From Psammoneis japonica (taxonomy: Eukaryota): DNA of 64,000 nucleotides. The notes under the pieces are model-generated. The model searched no databases. It was given only the letters and a program-made list of their open reading frames with translations, and had not been told where the DNA came from. Made by a program: the position numbers and the translations under genes. The stretch spans positions 434,001 through 498,000 of the forward strand of contig QPGO01000013.1 in NCBI GenBank assembly GCA_008632985.1, read 5' to 3'. Below are positions 24,679 through 35,259 of the stretch, in pieces (the stretch's first letter is position 1; every line of letters starts with the position of its first letter).

Positions 24679-25175
24679 AATAAATGTTGAAATGGCAGTG
24701 AGCCGTGGGAGTGTGACTCTTCGTTAGACAAAGAAGACAGACAGACTTTGGCGAATCAAAGGTTGTTCTGGAAGTAGTCCACTGGTTTGGAAACTGATGC
24801 GGTACTCTGTGGTTTCGAAACTGCAAACTGTCGCGGTAGCTTGCATTCATTCTCACCTAAAGAAGCTACTAATAGTCCTCATGAGTAGAAACCTTTGTCC
24901 TTCAAGGGCATTCAAGCTGACAGGGGGGAATGGGGAATCGATCGTAATTAGCTCTGCGATACGAACGAAAACCTAATACCGTCCCTGTAAGCAGGTAGTC
25001 ACCGGTCCAAAACCTTAGCTAAAGATAAGTGCACGAGACCCAAAGACATCTCTAAACGATGGAAGCTCAAACTGTGCTCCTATAATCAGGTGTGTTTTGT
25101 TACTCTTCCCACTAGCTAGACCTCTTTCTACACATTGGAAGTTACTGAACGAAGAGATTCAGCTTCCTTTCCTGG

Positions 25176-25787
25176 TTATTGAAGTAGATAGGAAGTGGCG
25201 GTGACCATGACAGCAACCAGGAGGTAGTGCAAAGCTTTCATGGCCGACACCGACGGCGGCATGGTCGTCGGTGGATCGTCATGGCAGGTCTCGTTCATGA
25301 ACAAAAAGACTTGACGTGTGTCGTTCTCAAAGCCCGGAAGAGACGAAAAGTCGCGGATTTTGTGACACCCATTGCCAACCACTTTAAATGTGCATCCGCA
25401 TTCCTTAATCGTCGACGCGTTTGTATCTGGCACGGTCACATTGGGAGGAATGAGTCCACCATTCTCGCCCATGTTGTAGCAGCTTTCGCCGTAGTGTGGT
25501 TCAACGCCGGAGTCGATAGCATCGCAGCCCAAATACGACATTAAACTTCCGCCATTGTCTCCCAGAAAACCGGAAATCACAAAACAGGTTGATGCAAACG
25601 TGGGTCGAATTGGAAACGGATTAGCAGCCCCGGTGCAACAGGAATCATCCACCAGTTCACCATCCTCCACAACGCAATCCGCGGGAGCGTCTCCGGGATA
25701 GTTGACCCAATACGAGCCGGAAGTGTGTCCAAGGACTGTGGTGGTGCCGGCCAGCAACGAAAAAGCTGCAACAAGGCGGGAAAGCAT
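25176..25787 (-). CDS. Secreted, possibly GPI-anchored Cys-containing protein
   Basis: N-terminal signal peptide and C-terminal hydrophobic tail. Confidence 0.6.
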   Translation of the reverse strand: MLSRLVAAFSLLAGTTTVLGHTSGSYWVNYPGDAPADCVVEDGELVDDSCCTGAANPFPIRPTFASTCFVISGFLGDNGGSLMSYLGCDAIDSGVEPHYGESCYNMGENGGLIPPNVTVPDTNASTIKECGCTFKVVGNGCHKIRDFSSLPGFENDTRQVFLFMNETCHDDPPTTMPPSVSAMKALHYLLVAVMVTATSYLLQ

Positions 25788-26314
25788 GATTGCTAACGGA
25801 GAAGGTTCAATGGCAATGAGGCGTCAACACCAAACGATAAGGTGCCGGTCTGGTTGGACATTGATGGCAGGCAGATGGCAAGATCATGCGATCTTCGATC
25901 TTATGAGCAGAAAGATCTTCGTTCGGTAACACGAGTTAGTGCCTACTGTAGGAATATTCATAGTCGTATAATATTTATTGCCCATTATTTATTTCCCGCG
26001 CAAACGTGTCAGCACAGATACCTTTTACACATAAAGCTTGTCTGATTTTTGACATATTTATAGCCAAAAACTCAAAATCCTGCAATCTTTATGACCACTT
26101 ATTCCGCTGCTTTGCCCTAATAATTTGAATTCTGCGTTTTCAGCCAAATCGCCGCAATCTTGAAATCCTCAATCGAAATCTGAATCAGAATCAGCGAGCC
26201 AACATAAAACAAAGGCAACGAAATAGCAGACATCAAGGAGTTGAGACGGTGATTGTTTACACTGTATTCTTGTGTATCTTTGTGTTGAGGACTCGTTGTC
26301 TGACTTTTTGTAAT

Positions 26315-27973
26315 ATGGGAGTGTTTGTCGCTTCGGTGCTACTGGCTTTGCTCGTCCAGAGTGGCCTTGGTGCTCCAGAAGAGGATCGCGTTGAGAGTCT
26401 ACCCTTGTTTGGCAAACCTCCTTCACCCCAGTACTCTGGTTACTTGGATGCGACAGATGGATGTGATACCGAGAGCAATGGTGCCTTTTGTAAGCTTCAC
26501 TATTGGTATGCAGCCCCCGAATGTGACTGCGATGGCGACAAACCGGTGGTATTGTGGCTGAATGGTGGTCCCGGCTCTTCTAGTATTCTGGGGTTTCTCC
26601 AAGAGAACGGTCCTCTACTAATCAACGCTACTGGCGGTTTGATGAAGAACCCGTGGAGTTGGACAAAGGAAGCACATTTGGTAGTTTTGGAATCCCCTGT
26701 TGGAGTTGGATACTCGTATTGTGCCAATCAAGTAGATGGCGAGGTTTGTAAGAATACAGACAAGTACACGGCTTCTGCAGCTCGGGCCGCCATGGTTGAC
26801 TTTTTCGACAACAAATTTCCTGAACTGAAAAAGCTCAACTTTCTCATTACGGGAGAATCCTATGCGGGAGTCTATATTCCCACTCTTGCGTATGAGATAC
26901 TGGAGCACGCACCCGAGATCAATCTCGTCGGGCTCGCCGTTGGTGATCCCTGCACCGACAATGACGCTCAACAAGATTCCATGGACGCGCTTTGGTATTC
27001 GCACAAGTATGGAATGGTGCCTGATGCCGACTTTGATTTGTTGTGGAACCAGTGCAACACCCGACTCGGGCCTGTTCAGTTTCAGACAATGCGACCACCG
27101 AAATTTCTAAACACAAACGAAAAAGTCACTACGAAAGGAGGTCCCGGACCCAGCTTCAAGTCAGACAACAAGGAATGCGTGTTGGCTTACCGCAAATTCC
27201 TAATGTCAAGTTCGGGTGGTCTTTCTCAGGGTTGGAAGGATCTGTACATTGATGACTACTCTCTCTTTGCACCGGCGACAAGCTTGGAAGATGAGCAAAT
27301 GCAAAAGTACATGAATCGCCAAGACGTTAAAGCCGCGCTTCACGTGACCGAGACACCTATCAAATCTTGGCCCTATCCTGATCAAGGCTTTGATTATACT
27401 AGCGAGTACGATGCTTGCAACGCTGATGCCACGCCCGACGCCAAATCCATGATTGACTTTTATCGCAAGATTGTTCCGCGCCTCAAAAAAGTGTGGGTTT
27501 ATAACGGGGACACCGATCCTTGTGTCTCCTACGAAGGCACACGAACGGCCATTCTCAGGGTAGGCTTTCCCGAGGTCAGTGGTGGAGGTTACCGTCCGTG
27601 GTTTTATAATGAAACAGCTGCGTCAATCTCTGTCTTGGCAGAGAAATCAGCCATGTTTGGTCCCTCCTTATCTGCCCAGCCTTTGGGAGCTCAGTTCGGA
27701 GGGGAAATTGTGAACTACCAGAATGGTTTAGCCTTTCTTACGATCCATGGTAGCGGCCATATGGTCCCACAGTTTCGACCCCAAGCGAGTCTTCACATGC
27801 TTCACAAGTTGGTGCGCTTTGAAGAGCTGTCGCCATTTTGGCCCAGCAATGAAACGCTCGTGAGCATGGATGCAGGAGAGTTTGAGAAAAACATGGATGA
27901 TTGGACTGAAAAGGCAATGGCTTCGCCCTACGTGGCAGACAAAACAGTGGAATTGGAAAAGGAATGCCTTTGA
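26315..27973 (+). CDS. Serine carboxypeptidase (peptidase S10)
   Basis: LWLNGGPGSSS, ITGESYAGVYIP, YNGDTD, TIHGSGHMVP motifs; signal peptide. Confidence 0.93.
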   Translation: MGVFVASVLLALLVQSGLGAPEEDRVESLPLFGKPPSPQYSGYLDATDGCDTESNGAFCKLHYWYAAPECDCDGDKPVVLWLNGGPGSSSILGFLQENGPLLINATGGLMKNPWSWTKEAHLVVLESPVGVGYSYCANQVDGEVCKNTDKYTASAARAAMVDFFDNKFPELKKLNFLITGESYAGVYIPTLAYEILEHAPEINLVGLAVGDPCTDNDAQQDSMDALWYSHKYGMVPDADFDLLWNQCNTRLGPVQFQTMRPPKFLNTNEKVTTKGGPGPSFKSDNKECVLAYRKFLMSSSGGLSQGWKDLYIDDYSLFAPATSLEDEQMQKYMNRQDVKAALHVTETPIKSWPYPDQGFDYTSEYDACNADATPDAKSMIDFYRKIVPRLKKVWVYNGDTDPCVSYEGTRTAILRVGFPEVSGGGYRPWFYNETAASISVLAEKSAMFGPSLSAQPLGAQFGGEIVNYQNGLAFLTIHGSGHMVPQFRPQASLHMLHKLVRFEELSPFWPSNETLVSMDAGEFEKNMDDWTEKAMASPYVADKTVELEKECL

Positions 27974-28682
27974 TTTACTACTAATTATCTTATCACGCTC
28001 GACTCCTCATGCAACGTGCAATCTCCTCATGCGCTCGCCCCCTGCGTATTTTTTAAACGCGATTCCTGTTCAGGCCGAGGAGTCTTCATACATACTACGC
28101 GATGGACAAATCTATCGGAACTTGGAAAGCTACTTGGGGCCCTAGTATGTTTGTCGCTTGCTACTACGGCATGCATAGGGCCCTAGGCCCTACCCCGGTA
28201 GATTTTTGGGCGGTTTCGCTGTGTTTTGACAAAAATCCCTCGAAGATCACGTTTCACTGAGATGGGGGCGTGGCGCGACACGCTCTTTCCAATTTTTTGT
28301 GACCGCGATTCTGCTCAGGCCCAGATTGGGTCATTTCCCCTAAGTAAATCATTGCATACAAACGGCCTAATTTTGTCATACCAGCGACTATCGATCATCG
28401 TGCGTACATTCTACAATGACCTCAAGTGAAGTTCCCGAGAATTCGTCATCGTTCCTGCACTGTTCCTGCTTGGTGAAAAAAGCCAAAGAGAAAACGATTG
28501 AGATCGAAACAACATAAAGTGAGACGAATGTAACCCACAGCGAGGAAGGACAAAGAAGCGCATTGACACCCGAAAAGCAAGCTTGTTGAATTTTCACTCT
28601 ATCTCAAAACTTGTAACTTCCCATAAATTCATTGTCTCGGAGATTTAGAAACAGATCGGAGTGAACATCATTGAGAGAAATC

Positions 28683-29518
28683 ATGACGGAGGAACAATCG
28701 GTAGGAACCCAAGTTTCTTGGCGTAGTGACGACAATGATTTGCCCCACCGCAGCAAGATAATTCGACAAATGTAAGTTGATACTTGATTATTTATCAACG
28801 TCATTCGTGTTCGTTGCAAAGCTAATGCATCCTGGTTTCTCACATTGTGTCCCGACGATTCTTTCTCAGATCGAAAATGCTGGAGCAGCGAAAAGAGAAC
28901 CCCGATCCCAAATGGATCAAAGATCTTCCTTTCAAAACTCGCAAACTCGAAGAATACCTCTACAAGAATGCTCAGTCTCTCGAAGAATATGCTGACGAAA
29001 AATCGTTGAAGCAACGAATGAAGAAGGCTGCATTGTCGATTGCGCGACAAATCAGAATTGAGAAGGCATACTCATCAGGTTTGTGGTCAAGACCTTCTCC
29101 TCGGAATTCTCTTGTGAGTATCGGTCGAGATTCGTTGTCATCTACCGTACCGTTGTTGAGCGTTGGGCCTGATATTTTTCAATCGCCAAACGATAGTGAG
29201 CAGTCTCCTCCTGCTGCTGACCTCTGGGATGCAGCCACGTCGTCAAAATCAACAAACTGGGATGTCCAAAGCAGAAGAAGCAGCTCCATTTCACAAATTG
29301 AAGGCTTATCCTTGCCACTAGAAAGCACGGATGATGAGCCCCCGGCACTACAAGTGAAGGTACAGCAGGTACCAAGAGTGTCGTTCTCGGAGCTGTCGGA
29401 TCTGAAAGCTTCAAACGAAAAGCTAACAAAGGATCTTTTAGCGTCTATCAAACGACAGCAAGACACGTTGCGAGACGAATACAACGTTATACCACCGTCA
29501 CCTGAAAGAGAATGTTAG
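28683..29518 (+). CDS. KIX-like (Med15/CBP N-terminal type) domain protein; intron 28771-28869
   Basis: W..D..HRSKII | KWIKDLPFKTRKLEEYLYKNAQSLEEYADEKSL; paralogous to 38625-40265. Confidence 0.6.
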
Positions 29519-29657
29519 AAAGAAAACGCAGAAGCGTTGCGATCTTTCAATACTAATGGACAGTTTAAGTAGATAACGAGAATAGAAACACTGTATATAC
29601 CACGTAACAGCGAAATGACCAATTCGCAAAAGTAGCAACTTATTCATCTTTACTTTT

Positions 29658-30905
29658 TCATTCAAACTTGCTGATGATTATTTCTTCTAGCTCTTCCGTG
29701 TTTTTTGTAAACGCATCTATCCCCTCTTTTAGCTTGTCTTTACCGCACGTGTCGGCATCCCAGTACTGGTTATAGCTTTCCTCATCAAGCATAAAGTCCG
29801 GCTCAATACACACTGCAGCGCTTGGACCAGGTGCGCATTTACGCGTTACAGCATCTGCTGGTAAGGCTGACAAGGAATCCAACAGCGGAGCAGGGATAGT
29901 CATTTCATCTACGCCAGCTAAAGCCAATATTTCATCCACGTCACTACCCTCGACTGAGGCCCCGCGTGATGGCCTCCAGCTCGCTGGCATGCAAATGGTC
30001 TGACATAGAAATCAAAAACATGAAATGAGAATATTTTTGAGTCAATGCAACTTTTGACGAGGCCTTTCCCACGTTTCAGGGGTGCAACTTACATCGTAGT
30101 TGTATCTGCGAAAATAGCCGTACATTCGTTTCACATCCCACACACCAGGATCAGCGTCGGGTGAACATCCCTCTTGACCGGTCTTGGACTTGTACCAGTC
30201 TAATATTCGTCCAGGAAAGGGACTGATGAGGTAGGCACCGGCTTGTGCGGCCGCGGCTGCTTGGAGGAACGAGAAGACAAGCGTAATGTTGCATTGAATG
30301 CCTTCCTTTTCCAGAATTCGAGCGGCTTGAATGCCTTCCCAAGTTCCAGCTAGCTTGATTAGGACCCGGTCACGACCTATGCCCATTTCTTTGTACATTT
30401 TGATAATTTTTCTCGCCCGCTCAACAGATGCCTTGGTGTCGTAGCTGAGCCGAATATCCACTTCGGTCGAGACCCTTCCGGGGACAATCGATGCAATCTT
30501 GCTTCCTAGATTCACTGCCAACTTATCAATTGCTAAAGCAACCACCTCTTGCACATCTTCACACCCTTCTGCAGAACAGAGCTCTTCTCTGGCATATGTG
30601 ACTGCGTCGTCCACCAATGCTTCGTATCGCGCGTCTCCCCTCGAACCGGCTTGAGAGACAAAAAGTGGATTTGTTGTAGCATCCGTAATGACACCCGTCT
30701 TTGCAAACTTCTCAATTACATCCAGGTCTCCGCTGTCGATAGACAGCTTTGTCATTTTTGCCAGTGAGTCAAGGGCCGTGCCTTGGAGAGAAGTGGATGT
30801 GGTAGACGGCGCTTTCGCCGACAGAGGCCGAGGTGCAAATGATGATGCCTGTTGAAAAAAGATCACAGCAAACGCGACACATGCCGCAGTATGAAAAGAC
30901 AGCAT
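29658..30905 (-). CDS. TAL: Transaldolase, plastid-targeted; intron 30000-30092
   Basis: DATTNP, GRVSTEVD, LIKLAGTWEGIQAA, CNITLVFS, ISPFPGRI; signal peptide + 'SSFAP'. Confidence 0.92.
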
Positions 30906-31599
30906 TGTACGATAGGCACTTTAATCGAAAAGAGAGAGAAGGAGTGCTAGAGATAACAAACAAAGAAGGGCCAACAGATTGGTGATGTGATGGAAGATCG
31001 TGACAACATCCAACATCCAACAGACAGCATCGTGAATTTCTTGATTCTGGATTCGCGATCTTTCTTCAATTTCCGGGTGACGGAACCTGCTCTCAGGGAC
31101 CAAGGACCAACCCCTCTCTCTACTCTACTAGCTAGAGTAGAGCTACTCTCAGAGTAGTAGGGAGTAATCTCTACTACTCTAGAAGAGAGAGAGAGAGAGA
31201 GAGAGAGAGATAGGTCATACGGAAACGTTGCTTGTTGCTTGCTTCCGCCCCTTAGCTACCGGTGCCGGCAGCCCGCCCTCTAGTAGAGAGTTTCTCTATC
31301 TACCTACTAGCTACCTTAGCTAGAGAGTAAGATAGAGAGAGGAGAGGCTAGCTAATAGCAAACTAGCAAAGGCAATTGCATGCCTGTACCTTCGTGTTTG
31401 AGTTTGTACTGTAGAGGCTGAAGATGCCAAGCCATTTCCACAATCCATAGCTTTGATGTCAACAATGGCCATGCATCCCTTTAGTCTAGTTTGGCAGCAA
31501 CCAATGAGCAAAACCTGGATTCAACATGGTAAAGTTCTCTATTTCTAGCTTTTTATATACGCCAGGCATCCTTTTCTTCATGTCTCTTACTATCTCTGT

Positions 31600-34500
31600 C
31601 TAGAAAGATGCTGTTCTCTGAAATGACAGCGGCTCGTCGATATTTGAACTTGTCTCTTTGGACGATTGACCTGTAGTCCACCCCGACTCATCCGTCGAAG
31701 AGGAATCATCATCAGTCAAAATGGTATCTGGAAAGGCTGATAGTTTAGGAGCCATTGGAGAATCACCATTGGCACTTACGAGCCAAACTTTGGGTTCGTC
31801 GACGACTGGAACAACAGGAGAAGATTCTGAAGAGTCGTCAACGTTGGCATTTACCAGCCAAACTTTAGTTTCATCACCGGCTGGCGGTGAAACAGAAGAA
31901 GAGTCTCGAGGAGAGTCATCATTGGCACTTACATGCCAAACTTTGGGTTCATCGACGACTTGTGATGGAACAGCTGGTTCTTGGGGAGAGTTATTGTTGG
32001 CGCTTACGAGCCAAACTTTGGGTTCATCATTGAGTGCAACAGGAGAAGAAGAATCTGCGGAATTCACTGTGGCAGGTACGAGCCACACTCGAGGTGAGCG
32101 GTCCGAGCTCATTGGTGCAAGCCACACTGGTGGATCTCCGTCGATTAATTCCTCGCCTAAAGCACTGTTCGGTCTCTTTCTTCTTCTCAAGTATAGTACG
32201 AATCCAAAGAGCATCAGTGCTGCAAGAATCGCAACAATGATAGACGCTAGAGGAACCCCGCTGCCACCTCCCTTGACGTTCTCGCATCCCAGAAGCTTTA
32301 AGCAGGTCACGCAGACTCCACAATTCTTTGGGCATACGTCCTCGCATGTAAGCTGACCATTGTTCATTAGCTGTTCTGCGAAGTAACACCGACAGTTGTG
32401 TAGGGAGTCAGACGTTTGACAAGTCAAAGATAAATCCCAGAGCCACAAATTTCGGTAAGTGTCGCATTCTTTGACGTTGAAATCATCGTAAGGGTCGTAG
32501 CATGCAGCAGAGTCATCATCATTGTTAGAGCAAACGTTGTAAGAGGAGACTTCTTGATCATTGTTGCCATTGTTTCCTCCATTGTTGTTATTCCCATTCT
32601 GGCCACCGCCATTGCCGTTGTTGCCATTGTTTCCTCCATTGCCATTATTTCCTCCATTGCCGTTGTTTCCATTTTGGCCACCGCCATTGCCGTTGTTTCC
32701 TCCATTGTTGTTATTCCCATTTTGGCCGCCGCCATTGCCGTTGTTGCCGTTGTTTCCTCCGTTGTTGTAGTTCCCATTCTGGCCACCTCCGTTGCCGTTG
32801 TTACCGTTGTTTCCTTCGTTGTTATTACCCTGGTTGTTACCCCCGTTGTTTTGGTTGTTTCCTCCATTATTGTTTTGCCCCCCTCCGTTTCCTTGACCGC
32901 CATTGCCGCCCCCTCCCTCGTAGTATCCGTCATTGCCTTCTTCGTAATAATCTACGTAATCGTTGTTCCCGTTCCCTCCCTCGTAGTATCCACCATTGTA
33001 GCCATCAACATAACCTTCTTCGTAATAATCTACGTATTGGTTGTTCTGGCCTTGGTTGCCCTGGCCTTGGCCACCGTTTCCGTTCCCTCCTTCGTAATAT
33101 CCGTTCCCACCACTTCAGGGAAAGAGTCATGACAAAATGCAAAAGTTTCAATCAGTGTCACGACGATAGCATTACTTGCAACAAGCACGAATTAGCATGC
33201 CTCACCCGTCTCCATCGTTCCCGTTATAGTAGTCGCCGCCGCCACCGCCACTTCAGGGTCGAGCAAGAATCATCAAAAGCTTGAATCAGCATCACTGAGT
33301 AACGTCACATACAACATACACACCTTAGCAATCCTTACCCGCCTCCTCCGTTTCCGTCGTAATAGTCACCTCCTCCTCCACCGCTTAGGGGTCAAGCAAG
33401 AATTAAAATCGAATCAGAGTCGCGAAGAGATAGCAACCCCACTTACAATACGGTAATACTTACCCGCCTCCTCCGTTCCCATCATTGTAGCCCCCGCCAC
33501 CGCTTTAAAAGGAAGGAATCATGACAAGAAATCAGGGATCGTGAGAGAGTTACGAAAAGGTTATACCACTTACAGCCAAAGCAAAAATCAGTGAGCCTTA
33601 CCCTCCTCCACCATTCCCATCGTAGTACCCCCCACCACCGCTTAAAAGGAGAGAAGAAGTTATGACAGGAAGGGAGTGATCACATCAGAGTTGCGAGAGA
33701 GACAAAACCATTTATAGAACGCAACACGAATTAGCGAGGCTTACCCTCCTCCACCGTTCCCGTTGTAATAACCGCCTCCGCCACCTCCACCGCCTCCACC
33801 ACCGCTTAAAGGAACGAAGGAATCATGACAGAAAGCGAGGGTTCATGTCAGTTTTACAAAAGAGACTACACCACTCACAATACAGAACAAGTTAACGAGC
33901 CTTACCCTCCCCCACCGTTCCCATTATAGTAGCCGCCACCTCCGCCGCCGCTAAAAGGAGGGAAGGAATCATGGCAAAAACCAAGGGATCTGTCAGTATC
34001 ACAAAAGAGATTACTCCACATACAACGCAGGACAAGTCATGAGCCTTACCCGCCCCCACCATTCCCATTATAATAGCTGCCTCCTCCGCCGCCGCCGCCG
34101 CCACTGAAAGGAGAGAAGGAATCAAGACGAATAGAAGAAAGTCAGAAGAGTGCAGCAGTGTACGTCAGCCCAAAGAAAGAAGCGTCTCCCTAGGTCTTAC
34201 CCTCCTCCATTGCTTCCTCCTCCACTATCGCAGCGGTTTATAAATAAGCAGGAAAGAACATGAGAAATCGAATCTAATGCGCGAATGAAATCACAATATG
34301 TGCGAATGCATACCTTCCTCCGTTCCCGCCTGAATGATGAACATAAGAACAGCTCGGAGCACTGCCTGAAAACTTCCACGAATAAGAAAGATAGCTGCTC
34401 GATATACCTAGGCACCCCATGTATCCGCTACCACTCCCTCCTCCACCACCGCCGCCTAAGATTACGATGATAGAGAAAAAGGAACAAAAAATGTGAGGAG

Positions 34501-34991
34501 CGCTCTGATGGTGAAATAGCCCTATCCAAACTTAGTATGTAATAAAAATATTGTTAAACGAAGTGAGTCACAATTCTGATGTCTTTTAACCGTCATATCC
34601 GAATACTTAGGAGTTCCACTCACAAATTAGCGAAAGTAGGGCAATATAGATTTCGACAAAAAAGCTGCAACAATGCAACATGACGGGAACTCTTACCACC
34701 ATGTGGGCCGAGAAGTCGATCAAAGGGTATTCTATCGGAACGGAAGGAAGACTTTTCATTGACACTGCTGTGTTGTGTAGTCTTTTCCAGAATTGAATCG
34801 GCAGATTCTCGTAGCCAATCGAAAGGATGCGTTTGCCGTGTTCGAAGTCGTCTCGAATTGACCGACTTTGGCGAAAGGAAACAAATTAACCCCAACAAAC
34901 AAGGACGTAATCTCTTTCGAGAGGAAGCATATTGTCCTCTTATCGGTGGCTTATTCGTCTTTCTTTCATTGCGTTGATCCAAACACATCAT
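31600..34991 (-). CDS. Gly/Asn/Tyr-rich single-pass membrane protein built from a large exon (31600-33113), about 10 micro-exons (33205-34455) and a probable first exon (~34696-34991)
   Basis: Micro-exons encode GGGGYYDGNGGG variants; the main exon encodes GN/GY repeats, a Cys-rich domain, a TM helix (IIVAILAALMLFGFVLYL-RRRKR) and cytosolic PKVWLVSAN repeats; 5' exon assignment is less certain. Confidence 0.65.
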
Positions 34992-35259
34992 GTCGCTCAC
35001 GTGCGTTTGTGGAAGCGAGAGAAGAAAAAATAAAAATGGAGAGACAAAAATCGGCAAATATCTTTTTAATAATGAATTTAGATATGTATTTAATAATTTG
35101 GAACATTCAACTATGAATATATCTATCATATGATTTCGGCGACGTCGCATCCATGACTCTGGGCTTCGCTCGACAAGTCGCCAAATCCGATTCAGCAGCA
35201 GCCTCACATCAGCTGGTCTGCCACTCGTAGCCCCAGGCCCTTCTAGACCATTGCCATTG

